A stretch of DNA of 62,176 nt. Origin: Polaromonas sp. Lineage in GTDB: Bacteria > Pseudomonadota > Gammaproteobacteria > Burkholderiales > Burkholderiaceae_C. Each line of letters starts with the position of its first letter. Position 1 is the first letter of the stretch. Below the pieces are notes generated by a model that was not told the DNA's origin, made no database searches, and saw only the letters and a list, made by a program, of their open reading frames with translations. The translations under genes were made by a program, and so were the position numbers. The DNA is taken from contig JAYWFR010000112.1 of assembly GCA_043778695.1 (NCBI GenBank), positions 1-62,176 on the forward strand, read 5' to 3'. Positions 27,886-36,762 of the stretch are shown piece by piece.

Positions 27886-27981
27886 AAGTTAAAAAAACAC
27901 TTTGATTGTAGGTTGCCAGTGTGTTGGTGGCATGTCCGAAAACGGCCAGCCAAAGCCGACAGCACAGGTAAGATAAATGCT

Positions 27982-29592
27982 ATGAAAGCCCATGATCCGA
28001 GCAACGACATCAGCGCATCGGCAGATGCCTGCTACGCCGCCATGAAAGCGCGTGACGCCCGGTTTGACGGCTGCTTTTTTACAGCCGTCACATCCACCGG
28101 CATTTACTGCCGCCCGGTGTGCAGTGTGAAAGCGCCAAAGCGTGAGAATTGCCGTTTTTTTAGCCATGCCGCGCAAGCTGAAAGCGCCGGCTTTCGGCCC
28201 TGCCTGCGCTGCCGCCCTGAGCTGGCACCGCATTCAGTGGTGTGGTCGATTCAAGATGCGTCTTTCATCTTGGCGCACCAAGCGGCTAGATTGTTAGACG
28301 AACCAGAAGGCTGGACAAGTGATGCTGCCCCCACGCTTTTCGCTACGCGTCATGCGCTGCCCCCCAAGGGGGCTGTGCCGCCTAGCGGCAGCCCGTCGCC
28401 GCACACCCCTTCCGTAAAAAAGCTGGCTTTAAAACTTGGCATCAGTGACCGTCACTTGCGCCGTATATTTGAAGCGCAATTTGGTGTGTCGCCGCTGCAA
28501 TACCTGCAAACCCGCAGGCTGCTAACCGCCAAGCAGTTGCTGGCCGATACGCAACTGCCCATCACACACATCGCGCTGATGAGCGGCTTTGCCAGCTTGC
28601 GCCGTTTTAACGCCGCGTTTGTAGCCCACTACCGACTGAGCCCAACGCAGCTCAGGCGCGCTGCGCCCAAGGCTGACGCAGCGCACGGCATCACCATCAA
28701 GCTCGGCTACAGGCCACCGTATGACGCGCAAGCCATGCTGGCTTTCATGGAAACTCGGCGCATCAAAAGTATTGAATCGATCACTATCGAATCAATAGCT
28801 GCTAGCGCACATAAATACTGCGCTAGACGCACATTTGGCACTGAAATAGCCGGTAAAAAGCATGTCGGCTGGTTGCAAATGCGCTTTGACGAGCCGCGTC
28901 ATCAGTTGCTGCTAACCGTCAGCGACTCACTGCATGGCGTGCTGCCGCTGGTGATACGCCGGGTGCGCGCCGCGTTTGATTTGGACGCTGACCCCCAAGC
29001 CATCAACGCGGTGCTGCACAACGACTTTCCCACGGGCGACGGCCTGCGCGTGCCGGGTGCACTAGATGGTTTTGAATTGGCGGTGCGGGCGGTGCTGGGC
29101 CAGCAAATCACCGTGGCAGCGGCGCGCACGCTGGCGCAGCGCCTGGTTGACAAGTTTGGCGAGCCAATTGCCACGCCGTGGCCCGAGCTAACACGGCTCT
29201 TTCCTTCGCCATCTGTTTTAGCCTCAGCAACGGGTGATGAATTAGGTCAATTGGGTATTGTCAAGCAACGGCAAGCTGCCATTGTTGGCCTGGCCAAGGC
29301 GGTTGCTGGCGGCTTGCAGTTGCATGGCGGCGCGGATGTGCACGCGACCATTGAAGCACTTATTGCCCTGCCAGGCATTGGCGACTGGACAGCGCAGTAC
29401 ATTGCCATGCGGGCGCTGCGCTGGCCTGATGCCTTCCCTGCGGGGGATGTAGCGCTGCACAAAATATTGGGCGTTCAGGGGCAACAAGGCCCGGCGCGGC
29501 TGGCTGAGGCGGCATCGCTGCCCTGGAAGCCGTGGCGTAGTTATGCGGTGATACGGACCTGGTCTGGCGCATGGCGTGGGCGAGCAACTTGA
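27982..29592 (+). CDS. alkA: Ada-AraC-AlkA fusion (DNA-3-methyladenine glycosylase II)
   Basis: Ada Zn site GIYCRPVC...FRPCLRC, AraC HTH, VLGQQITV, LPGIGDWTA, DAFPAGD. Confidence 0.9.
   Translation: MKAHDPSNDISASADACYAAMKARDARFDGCFFTAVTSTGIYCRPVCSVKAPKRENCRFFSHAAQAESAGFRPCLRCRPELAPHSVVWSIQDASFILAHQAARLLDEPEGWTSDAAPTLFATRHALPPKGAVPPSGSPSPHTPSVKKLALKLGISDRHLRRIFEAQFGVSPLQYLQTRRLLTAKQLLADTQLPITHIALMSGFASLRRFNAAFVAHYRLSPTQLRRAAPKADAAHGITIKLGYRPPYDAQAMLAFMETRRIKSIESITIESIAASAHKYCARRTFGTEIAGKKHVGWLQMRFDEPRHQLLLTVSDSLHGVLPLVIRRVRAAFDLDADPQAINAVLHNDFPTGDGLRVPGALDGFELAVRAVLGQQITVAAARTLAQRLVDKFGEPIATPWPELTRLFPSPSVLASATGDELGQLGIVKQRQAAIVGLAKAVAGGLQLHGGADVHATIEALIALPGIGDWTAQYIAMRALRWPDAFPAGDVALHKILGVQGQQGPARLAEAASLPWKPWRSYAVIRTWSGAWRGRAT
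28327..28403 (+). repeat. Family B palindromic repeat, in frame in alkA
   Basis: GCCCCCACGCTTTTCGCTACGCGTCATGCGCTGCCCCCCAAGGGGGCTGTG...GGCAGCCCGTCGC. Confidence 0.8.
28783..28825 (+). repeat. Element A copy inside alkA
   Basis: ACTAT-N7-ATAGC-TGC-TAGCGC-N11-GCGCTA. Confidence 0.88.
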
Positions 29593-29594
29593 TT

Positions 29595-29637
29595 GCTATT
29601 AATACAGGAGCTGCATGCGCAGTCAAAACAAAGGCGT
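29595..29637 (+). repeat. Element A copy
   Basis: GCTAT-N7-GGAGC-TGC-ATGCGC-N11-AGGCGT. Confidence 0.72.
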
Positions 29638-29681
29638 CAGGCCTAAATGATGCTAAATGACACTAGAAAGGCAAAAACACC

Positions 29682-30203
29682 ATGAAATTCAACCCTTCCA
29701 TTGTTCAAACTTCCTTTCAAAGCCCGCTGGGGCCAATGACACTGGCTGCAACGCATACGGGGCTGGCTGGCGTGTGGTTTGACGACCAGCGGCACCTGCC
29801 TGCCGAGCTGGCAGCACCGTCAAGCTGGCCCGTCAACGCAGCCCATCCGGTGTTGAAAAAAACAACCCAGCAACTGACCGAATACTTTGCAGGCCAGCGC
29901 ACCGACTTTGCCTTAAAACTTGATCTGTCTAGCGGTACAGCCTTTCAGCAAGCGGTGTGGCAGGCATTGCTGGCCATCCAGCCCGGCCAGACCAGCAGCT
30001 ACGGCAGCATCAGCCACAGCATAGGCAATGCAGCAGCCGTGCGGGCGGTGGGCGCGGCGATTGGCCGCAACCCCATTAGCATCATCGTGCCCTGCCATCG
30101 GGTGCTGGGCGCTGATGGCTCGCTCACGGGCTATGCTGGCGGGCTTGACCGTAAAACCGCGCTGCTCCGGCTTGAGAGCGCATTTATAGAAGACATGTTT
30201 TGA
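29682..30203 (+). CDS. ogt: Methylated-DNA--protein-cysteine methyltransferase
   Basis: GTAFQ, RAVG.AIGRNP, PCHRV. Confidence 0.93.
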   Translation: MKFNPSIVQTSFQSPLGPMTLAATHTGLAGVWFDDQRHLPAELAAPSSWPVNAAHPVLKKTTQQLTEYFAGQRTDFALKLDLSSGTAFQQAVWQALLAIQPGQTSSYGSISHSIGNAAAVRAVGAAIGRNPISIIVPCHRVLGADGSLTGYAGGLDRKTALLRLESAFIEDMF

Positions 30204-31105
30204 CCACTGCTAAAAAACCCTGGCTGACTGATTACCTGGCGCTGGGCGCGCTGTGGGGTTCGTCGTTTTTGTTCATGCGTTTTAGCGCGTTAGAGTTTGG
30301 CGCCATGGCCACCGCGGCTGTGCGGGTTGGCATCGCTGCCGCGTTTTTGCTGCCAATTGTGCTCATCAAAGGCCTGCTGCCAGAGCTGCAAAAACATTGG
30401 AAGAAAATTTGTCTCATGGGCATTTTTAACTCCGCCATCCCGTTTGCCTGCTTTGGGTTTGCATTGCTGTCAATCAGCACCGGCCTGTCAGCGATTTTGA
30501 ATGCCACCGTGCCGATGTTTGGCGCATTGGTGGCTTGGGTCTGGCTCAAAGACAAGCCTGCACTAAGTCGTATCGTGGGCATTGCGATTGGTTTTACCGG
30601 CATTGCCATGCTGGCCTGGGGCAAAGCCAGCTTCAAACCTGACGCAACAGGCGCTGTCACTGGTTGGGCGGTGCTGGCGTGCTTGGTGGCGTGCCTGTGC
30701 TACGGCATATCGGCCAGCTATGCCAAAAAATACATGAGCGGCATTCACCCGATGGTGACAGCCGCAGGCAGCCAGATCGGCGCAACGCTGGGCTTGGCGC
30801 TGCCCGCCATTTGGTTTTGGCCAGACAGCACACCCAGCACCACGGCTTGGGCGTCCCTGCTGGTACTTGGCATCGCGTGTACCGGTATCGCCTACATTTT
30901 GTACTTTAGGCTGATTGAAAAAGCTGGCCCGCAGCGCACGTTGACGGTGACGTTTTTAATCCCTGTGTTTGCGGTGTTTTACGGCGCGGTGTTTTTGAGC
31001 GAAGTCATCACGCCGTGGATGCTGCTGTGCGCAGCGGTGATTGTGTGCGGTACTGCGCTGGCAACGGGACTGGTTAAATTCAAAGCAAGCCCGCGACCAC
31101 GTTGA
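30200..31105 (+). CDS. EamA/DMT family transporter
   Basis: LWGSSFLF, about 10 TM segments, duplicated EamA architecture. Confidence 0.9.
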   Translation: MTTAKKPWLTDYLALGALWGSSFLFMRFSALEFGAMATAAVRVGIAAAFLLPIVLIKGLLPELQKHWKKICLMGIFNSAIPFACFGFALLSISTGLSAILNATVPMFGALVAWVWLKDKPALSRIVGIAIGFTGIAMLAWGKASFKPDATGAVTGWAVLACLVACLCYGISASYAKKYMSGIHPMVTAAGSQIGATLGLALPAIWFWPDSTPSTTAWASLLVLGIACTGIAYILYFRLIEKAGPQRTLTVTFLIPVFAVFYGAVFLSEVITPWMLLCAAVIVCGTALATGLVKFKASPRPR

Positions 31106-31739
31106 TGCTCAGCGCCAGTATCAGCATGTTAAAACCGAACGACAACACCCCATGCACCATCGTTAGGCGGCGCATTTCACGCGATGTAACTTCAACATCA
31201 GACACCTGCGACGTCATGCCAACAACAAACGCGTAGTATAAAAAATCAAAGTAGTCCGGATCCAGCCCACCCGGGAATCGCAAGCCCGCGCCATCAGGCT
31301 CGCCCTGCTTTTCTTCAAAGTAATAGCGATGCGCATAGCGAAAGGTAAAGATCGTCTGGATAAAAAGCCACGACGACGCCAGTGCCAGCACCGACAAACC
31401 AATGTGCAGGCCGCGCTGTAGGCCTGACAGATCACGGCTTTGGTGCATCAACAGCGTGATGGCTGCCACGCAAGCCGCGGTGGCCAGCAACAACACCAAA
31501 AAAAGCACCACACTTGGCTCGTCTTGCGCCTGGGCGCGCTGGCGCGTGCGCTTGGCGTCAAAGCCTACACACAGCCACCAAGCCAGCGCCAGGTAAACCG
31601 CCAGCCCGGTGCACCAGGCCAGCAAGCCGCGAAACTCCCACCCCGTCGGCAGCGGCAGCGCGGCCACCGCCAATCCGGCGACCAAGCCGTACATCAGGCG
31701 CTGTGGGCCGGTGGTTTCAGAAAGGTGTTTTTTCATCAT
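31080..31739 (-). CDS. DUF1345 family membrane protein
   Basis: FPGG..PDYFDFLY, GMTSQVSD, FN..ILAL.INV. Confidence 0.88.
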   Translation of the reverse strand: MMKKHLSETTGPQRLMYGLVAGLAVAALPLPTGWEFRGLLAWCTGLAVYLALAWWLCVGFDAKRTRQRAQAQDEPSVVLFLVLLLATAACVAAITLLMHQSRDLSGLQRGLHIGLSVLALASSWLFIQTIFTFRYAHRYYFEEKQGEPDGAGLRFPGGLDPDYFDFLYYAFVVGMTSQVSDVEVTSREMRRLTMVHGVLSFGFNMLILALSINVVAGLL

Positions 31740-31818
31740 GGTGATTGTGCTGCCTGGCCGCGGCAGCGCAAACTTTTGAGGCAAATCATCAAACCGATCG
31801 GTACAAACCCGCGTTTCA

Positions 31819-32059
31819 TGGTATGCTCACGGGCTTGGCTGGATCTAGAGACTGCTATTTGTACATCTACCTCACACTTGTCGGTTCTGTTGATTGAGCC
31901 ACCGCTTCAGGCAAATTTTTTGACCTGATTCGCATATTCGTTTGATGGTTGATGTTTTATTAACCATGAACGAAGCGGCACGCAACAGCGAGCCGTGCAA
32001 GTTCTTCTGCGCCATGCTTTTATTGACAGCAGCGGCGCGGATGAAAGTTGAGAAAAACC
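31819..32059 (+). promoter_or_regulatory. Extended -10 promoter and long structured 5' leader of the helicase gene
   Basis: TGG-TATGCT at 31819-31827; hairpins such as TCGTTTGATGGTTGAT/ATTAACCATGAACGA (31938-31973). Confidence 0.5.
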
Positions 32060-34048
32060 ATGACTGATTCCTTTGAAATTCGTGACGAGTCGTTTGCAGA
32101 CGCAAGCTTTGACACTGAAAAACCGAGCGCGTCTGATGTTTTAGAAACATCGCTAGAAGCCACTTCGCTAGACAAGATTTCGCCTGAGCCGAACGGCTTT
32201 GTAAAGCTGGGCCTGGCCAAAGAGCTGCTGCAAGCGGTGGCTGACATGGGGTTTACCCAGCCTACTCCAGTGCAGTTGGCGACCATCCCCAAGGCCATGC
32301 AGGCGCTGGACGATGCGAACGTCGACAAAAAAGCCAAATTTACTGACCTGCTGGTGTCCAGCCAAACCGGTAGCGGCAAGACCGCTGCGTTCTTGCTGCC
32401 CGTGTTGCACACGCTGCTCAAGCAGCAGGAAGAAGCCGAACGCTTTGAGCGCGCCGAGTTTGAGCGCTTGTCTGCTGAAGCTGCTGCCCGCGGCGAAGCC
32501 CCTGCCAAAAAGCCGAAGCGCAAAGACCCGACCAACATGCGCAATTTCAAGGCCGCCACGCCAGGCGCGCTGATTTTGTGCCCGACCCGCGAGCTGGCCC
32601 AGCAAGTTTGCGCTGACGCCATTGACCTGGTTCGCCATTGCCGCGGCTTGAGGATTGCCAATGTGGTCGGCGGCATTCCTTACCAATTACAAATTGCCAA
32701 GTTGCAAAACGCCAACCTGGTCGTTGCTACGCCAGGCCGTTTGCTTGACTTGCAGCGCAGTATGCAAATCAAACTTGACCAGGTGCAATTCCTGGTCGTG
32801 GACGAAGCTGACCGCATGCTCGACCTCGGCTTTGCCGATGACCTGACCGAAGTCAACCAGCTCACCATTGAGCGCAAGCAAACCATGATGTTCAGCGCCA
32901 CGTTTGCGCCACGCATCATGCAACTGGCGACGCGGGTGATGCGCCAGCCGCAACGCGTTGAGATTGACTCGCCGCATGAAAAGCACGCGTCTATTACCCA
33001 GTCACTGCACTGGGCTGACAACATGACGCACAAGCGCAAGTTGCTCGACCACTTACTGCGCGACACCACCATCAACCAAGCCATTGTGTTTGCCTGCACG
33101 CAGGTTGAATGCGACGGCCTGGCCAATGATTTGGTGCAAGACGGCTTTAGCGCTGTGGCGCTGCACGGTGCGTTGGGCCAGGGCCTGCGCAACCGCCGTT
33201 TGATGGCTTTCCGCGATGGCCGCGTACAAGTGCTGGTGGCTACCGATGTCGCTGCTCGTGGTTTGGACGTGCCAACAATCACCCACGTTATCAACTACGG
33301 CTTGCCGATGAAGGCTGAAGACTATGTGCACCGCATTGGCCGCACGGGCCGTGCGGGCCGCGCTGGCAATGCCATCACCATTGCCGAGTTTCGTGACCGC
33401 CGCAAGATTCAGGACATTGAGCACTACTCGCAGCAAAACCTCAAAGCCAGCGTGATTGCTGGCCTGGAGCCACAGCAGCGCTTTGCACCGACGTCTGACC
33501 GCCCACGCGGCAACTTTGGTGGGCGTGACGATCGCAGTGCCCCACGCGGTAATTTTGGCGGCGGTGATCGCGGCGGCTTCAGCGGCGGCGGCTATGCTGG
33601 CCGCAAGCCTGCTGGTGGCGGTTTTAATGCTGGTGGTGGCGAGCGTAATTTTGGCGGCGGTGATCGCGGCGGCTTCAGCGGTGATCGCGGCGGCTTCGCC
33701 GGTGACCGTGGTAGTTTTGGCGGTGACCGTGGCGGCAACTTCCAGGGTCGCCCTGCACCGCAAGGTGGCTACGCTGACCGCAGCGGTTTTAATGACCGCG
33801 GCCCGCGCCGTGATGAAGGTTTTGCTCCTCGCGAAGAACGTAGCTTTGCGCCCCGTGAAGACCGCAATTTTGCACCGCGCCAAGAGCGTTCTTTCACGCC
33901 ACGTGGTGATTCATTTGCGCCCCGTAGCGAGGGCTTTGCGCCTAAGCCAGCTTTCGCAAAACCAGCATTCGCCAAGCCAGCAGGCAAGGTGTTTGTGCCG
34001 CGCGATGCTGCCAAGAAAGCTGCCAAGTTTTCAAAAGCGCGTGACTGA
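32060..34048 (+). CDS. DEAD-box RNA helicase with RGG-rich tail
   Basis: Q motif, SQTGSGKT, PTRELA, TPGR, DEAD, SAT, ARGLD, HRIGRTGR. Confidence 0.95.
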   Translation: MTDSFEIRDESFADASFDTEKPSASDVLETSLEATSLDKISPEPNGFVKLGLAKELLQAVADMGFTQPTPVQLATIPKAMQALDDANVDKKAKFTDLLVSSQTGSGKTAAFLLPVLHTLLKQQEEAERFERAEFERLSAEAAARGEAPAKKPKRKDPTNMRNFKAATPGALILCPTRELAQQVCADAIDLVRHCRGLRIANVVGGIPYQLQIAKLQNANLVVATPGRLLDLQRSMQIKLDQVQFLVVDEADRMLDLGFADDLTEVNQLTIERKQTMMFSATFAPRIMQLATRVMRQPQRVEIDSPHEKHASITQSLHWADNMTHKRKLLDHLLRDTTINQAIVFACTQVECDGLANDLVQDGFSAVALHGALGQGLRNRRLMAFRDGRVQVLVATDVAARGLDVPTITHVINYGLPMKAEDYVHRIGRTGRAGRAGNAITIAEFRDRRKIQDIEHYSQQNLKASVIAGLEPQQRFAPTSDRPRGNFGGRDDRSAPRGNFGGGDRGGFSGGGYAGRKPAGGGFNAGGGERNFGGGDRGGFSGDRGGFAGDRGSFGGDRGGNFQGRPAPQGGYADRSGFNDRGPRRDEGFAPREERSFAPREDRNFAPRQERSFTPRGDSFAPRSEGFAPKPAFAKPAFAKPAGKVFVPRDAAKKAAKFSKARD

Positions 34049-34057
34049 TCTCTCTTA

Positions 34058-34178
34058 CTCCCTCTCCCTCTGGGAGAGGGCAGGGGTGAGGGCTGGCGGT
34101 GCTTAAAATCGTGTAAGTTGTTAATGGCAAACGGGGAGCCCTCACCCTCACCCTAACCCTCTCCCAAAGGGAGAGGGA
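34058..34178. repeat. BoxC-like (family C) palindromic repeat
   Basis: CCCTCTCCCTCTGGGAGAGGGCAGGGGTGAGGG...CCCTCACCCTAACCCTCTCCCAAAGGGAGAGGG between convergent genes. Confidence 0.85.
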
Positions 34179-34200
34179 ACTAGGAGGGAATGTTCGCTCG

Positions 34201-35883
34201 TCAAGAGGCGAATTCAGTCAATAGTTGGCCAGCCAGCGGCGGCTTTGCTAGCAACCCTTGGCTGTCCGCCACTTGCTGGCCATTCACCCACACGCCGTGT
34301 ACTCCGACCGCGTCGGTCGTCAGCCGAGCTGCGCCGCCTGGCAAGTCAAACACGCGCCGCTTGGGGCCACGGCCTACGGTAGCTGGGTCAAACAACAACA
34401 GGTCTGCGGCCATGCCTTCTTTGATGGTGCCGCGATCCGTCATGCCAAAGACGCGGGCGGGCTGGGACGTCAGGCGGCGTATGGCGTCAGTCAGGCTCAT
34501 GGCTTTCAGGTCGCGCACCCAGTGGCCGAGCAGGTGCAGGCCAAAACCTGCGTCGTTGAAAAAGGTCAAATGCGCACCTGCGTCGCTGAGCGAGATGATG
34601 CTGTGCGGGTGGTTCAACATGCGGCTCACTGCGTCAGCGTCGCTGTTCAAAAGCTGAGCCGTGAAGACTGTTTGCAAGTTTTCAGCCAAGGCCAAGTCAA
34701 GCATCACGTCCAGCGGGTCGCACGCCCGCTCTTTTGCAATGTCGGCCACGGTGCGCTGCTCCAGCGCTGCGTTGCTTGGTAGTGCGCATTCGACCACGTG
34801 CACCTTGTCCCACTCGCCGTTAAACAGGCGAAAGGTTGTCGGCGCTGAAATCTCTGCGCGTACCGATTGACGAAAGGCGTTGTCGCTTAAGACTGCCTTC
34901 AACGCATCGCCTTGCAGGCCGAGTGCAGGCTTCCAGCTGAGCAAACCTTCAACGGGGTAAGCCGACGCCAGGGTGAAGTCCATAGTCAACGGGCAGCACG
35001 ACACCTGGCCAATCAAGCGGTGGCCGCGCGCGTTGGCGCTGGCGATTTGCTCTAAATCGTTGAACACTGCGTCGGGGTTGGTGCTGTTGTGCAGCAGCGC
35101 GGCAACCATGACGGGACGACCTGATTGTTTGGCCATGCTTTCTAAAAACGGCACCGGCATTTGCCCGCCCTTGGTCACCATGTACACGCCCTTACCTCGT
35201 TCCCCCATGGCGGTGATCAGCGCCATCATTTCAGTATCGCTGGCCAGGCGCGACGGCATGGGTAAGCCGCCTTCGCCGTTGTGCGCCGGGCTGGTACTGC
35301 TGGCAAAGCCAACGGCGCCTGCTGCCATGGCGTCACGCACGACGGTTTGCATCTCCCTGATCTCATGCGCTGTAGCTTGCCTTTTTGAAGCGTCCGCCCC
35401 CATTACCCAGGTGCGTACCGATGAGTGGCCAATGTAGGCGGCGATATTGACCACACAGCCTTTGCCGCGCAGCATCGCCAGGTACTCGGCGAAAGTCTCG
35501 AAGCCCCAGTCAATGCTGCTTTTCAGCACATCAAGCGACATGCCTTCAACCTGCGTCAGGTTGCGCATCGTCATGTCCCGGTCAGCGGGTTTGCACGGCG
35601 CAATGGTAAAGCCGCAGTTGCCCATCACAGCGGTTGTCACGCCCAACGCGGGGGACGGTTTGAGCGTTGCGTCCCATGTGATTTGCGCATCAAAATGGGT
35701 GTGGCTGTCGATGATGCCAGGCATCAGTGCCAAGCCAGTACCATCAATGACTTGATGCGCACTTTCAGGCAAGTTTGTGCCTATAGCCCGTATTTTACCT
35801 GCGCTAACAGCTACGTCTTTGATAGCAGGCTGCGCACCCGTTCCGTCATACACCAACGCGCCTTTGATCAGCAAATCGTCCAT
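34201..35883 (-). CDS. N-acyl-D-amino-acid deacylase family amidohydrolase
   Basis: PGIIDSHTHFD, GVTTAVMGNCG, SDAGAH, ADLLLFDP. Confidence 0.88.
   Translation of the reverse strand: MDDLLIKGALVYDGTGAQPAIKDVAVSAGKIRAIGTNLPESAHQVIDGTGLALMPGIIDSHTHFDAQITWDATLKPSPALGVTTAVMGNCGFTIAPCKPADRDMTMRNLTQVEGMSLDVLKSSIDWGFETFAEYLAMLRGKGCVVNIAAYIGHSSVRTWVMGADASKRQATAHEIREMQTVVRDAMAAGAVGFASSTSPAHNGEGGLPMPSRLASDTEMMALITAMGERGKGVYMVTKGGQMPVPFLESMAKQSGRPVMVAALLHNSTNPDAVFNDLEQIASANARGHRLIGQVSCCPLTMDFTLASAYPVEGLLSWKPALGLQGDALKAVLSDNAFRQSVRAEISAPTTFRLFNGEWDKVHVVECALPSNAALEQRTVADIAKERACDPLDVMLDLALAENLQTVFTAQLLNSDADAVSRMLNHPHSIISLSDAGAHLTFFNDAGFGLHLLGHWVRDLKAMSLTDAIRRLTSQPARVFGMTDRGTIKEGMAADLLLFDPATVGRGPKRRVFDLPGGAARLTTDAVGVHGVWVNGQQVADSQGLLAKPPLAGQLLTEFAS
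35784..35826 (-). repeat. Element A copy inside the amidohydrolase gene
   Basis: TAGCCC-N11-GCGCTA-ACA-GCTAC-N7-ATAGC. Confidence 0.85.
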
Positions 35884-35892
35884 ACCGTCTCC

Positions 35893-36762
35893 TCAATCCA
35901 TGCCGTTGCGACTCGCCAGTTCCACAAATAGACCTGAATGGTCCAGATCGCTCAGGCCGTGCTCAATACCGTCAGCGTAAAGCCTTTCAAACAGCTTTGT
36001 GATGGGCGCTTCAAAACCAATTTCTTCAGCGGTTGCCAACGCATTGCGCATGTCTTTGAGCTGAATGCTCATGCGCGCACGCGGCGCAAAGTCGCGCTCC
36101 ACCATGCGCTGGCCGTGCACTTGCAAAATACGGCTGTCGGCAAATCCGCCAGTAATCGCTTCTTTCACCTTGGCCATGTCCGCACCGCCGGCTTTGGTAA
36201 ACAGCAGCGCCTCAGCCACGGCACCAATGGTGATGCCGACGATCATTTGATTAGCAAGCTTGGCAAGTTGGCCGCTGCCATGCGAGCCCACATGCGTGGC
36301 GCGGCCAAAGTGCGCAAACACACCTTGTGCCCGTTCAAAATCAGCCGTCTTGCCGCCGACCATGATGACCAGCTTGCCGTTAACAGCGCCCACCACGCCG
36401 CCCGACACCGGCGCATCCAGATGCGCGATACCGAGCGCACCCAGCCGCGCCGCATGGTCGCGCGCTTCACGCGGTTTGATGGACGCCATATCAATCAGCA
36501 GTGCGCCACGTTTCATGTCGCCAGCAACACCTTGATTGAATAAAACGTCTTCGACCACCGGGCCGCTTTCCAGCATGCTGACCACCACGTCAGCGTCTTC
36601 CACAGCACTTGATGCGTGCGTGTGAATAGCCGCGCCCAATGCCGCCAAACTGTCTGCTTTGCCGCGTGTGCGGTTCCACACGCTGACGGTACAGCCTGCA
36701 GCGCAAAGCCGCTGCGCCATGGGCAACCCCATCGCGCCTAAACCCAACACGGTGATCTTCAT
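35893..36762 (-). CDS. NAD(P)-dependent beta-hydroxyacid dehydrogenase family
   Basis: GLGAMG, DAPVSGG, GQLAKLANQ, KD. Confidence 0.9.
   Translation of the reverse strand: MKITVLGLGAMGLPMAQRLCAAGCTVSVWNRTRGKADSLAALGAAIHTHASSAVEDADVVVSMLESGPVVEDVLFNQGVAGDMKRGALLIDMASIKPREARDHAARLGALGIAHLDAPVSGGVVGAVNGKLVIMVGGKTADFERAQGVFAHFGRATHVGSHGSGQLAKLANQMIVGITIGAVAEALLFTKAGGADMAKVKEAITGGFADSRILQVHGQRMVERDFAPRARMSIQLKDMRNALATAEEIGFEAPITKLFERLYADGIEHGLSDLDHSGLFVELASRNGMD

Noticed and set aside
27775-27981. N-terminal extensions given by the ORF track for alkA (also pstS-like, pilV, ribD, nusB, tolQ)
   Set aside because: They run through repeats, promoters or upstream genes; downstream starts fit the family N-termini better.
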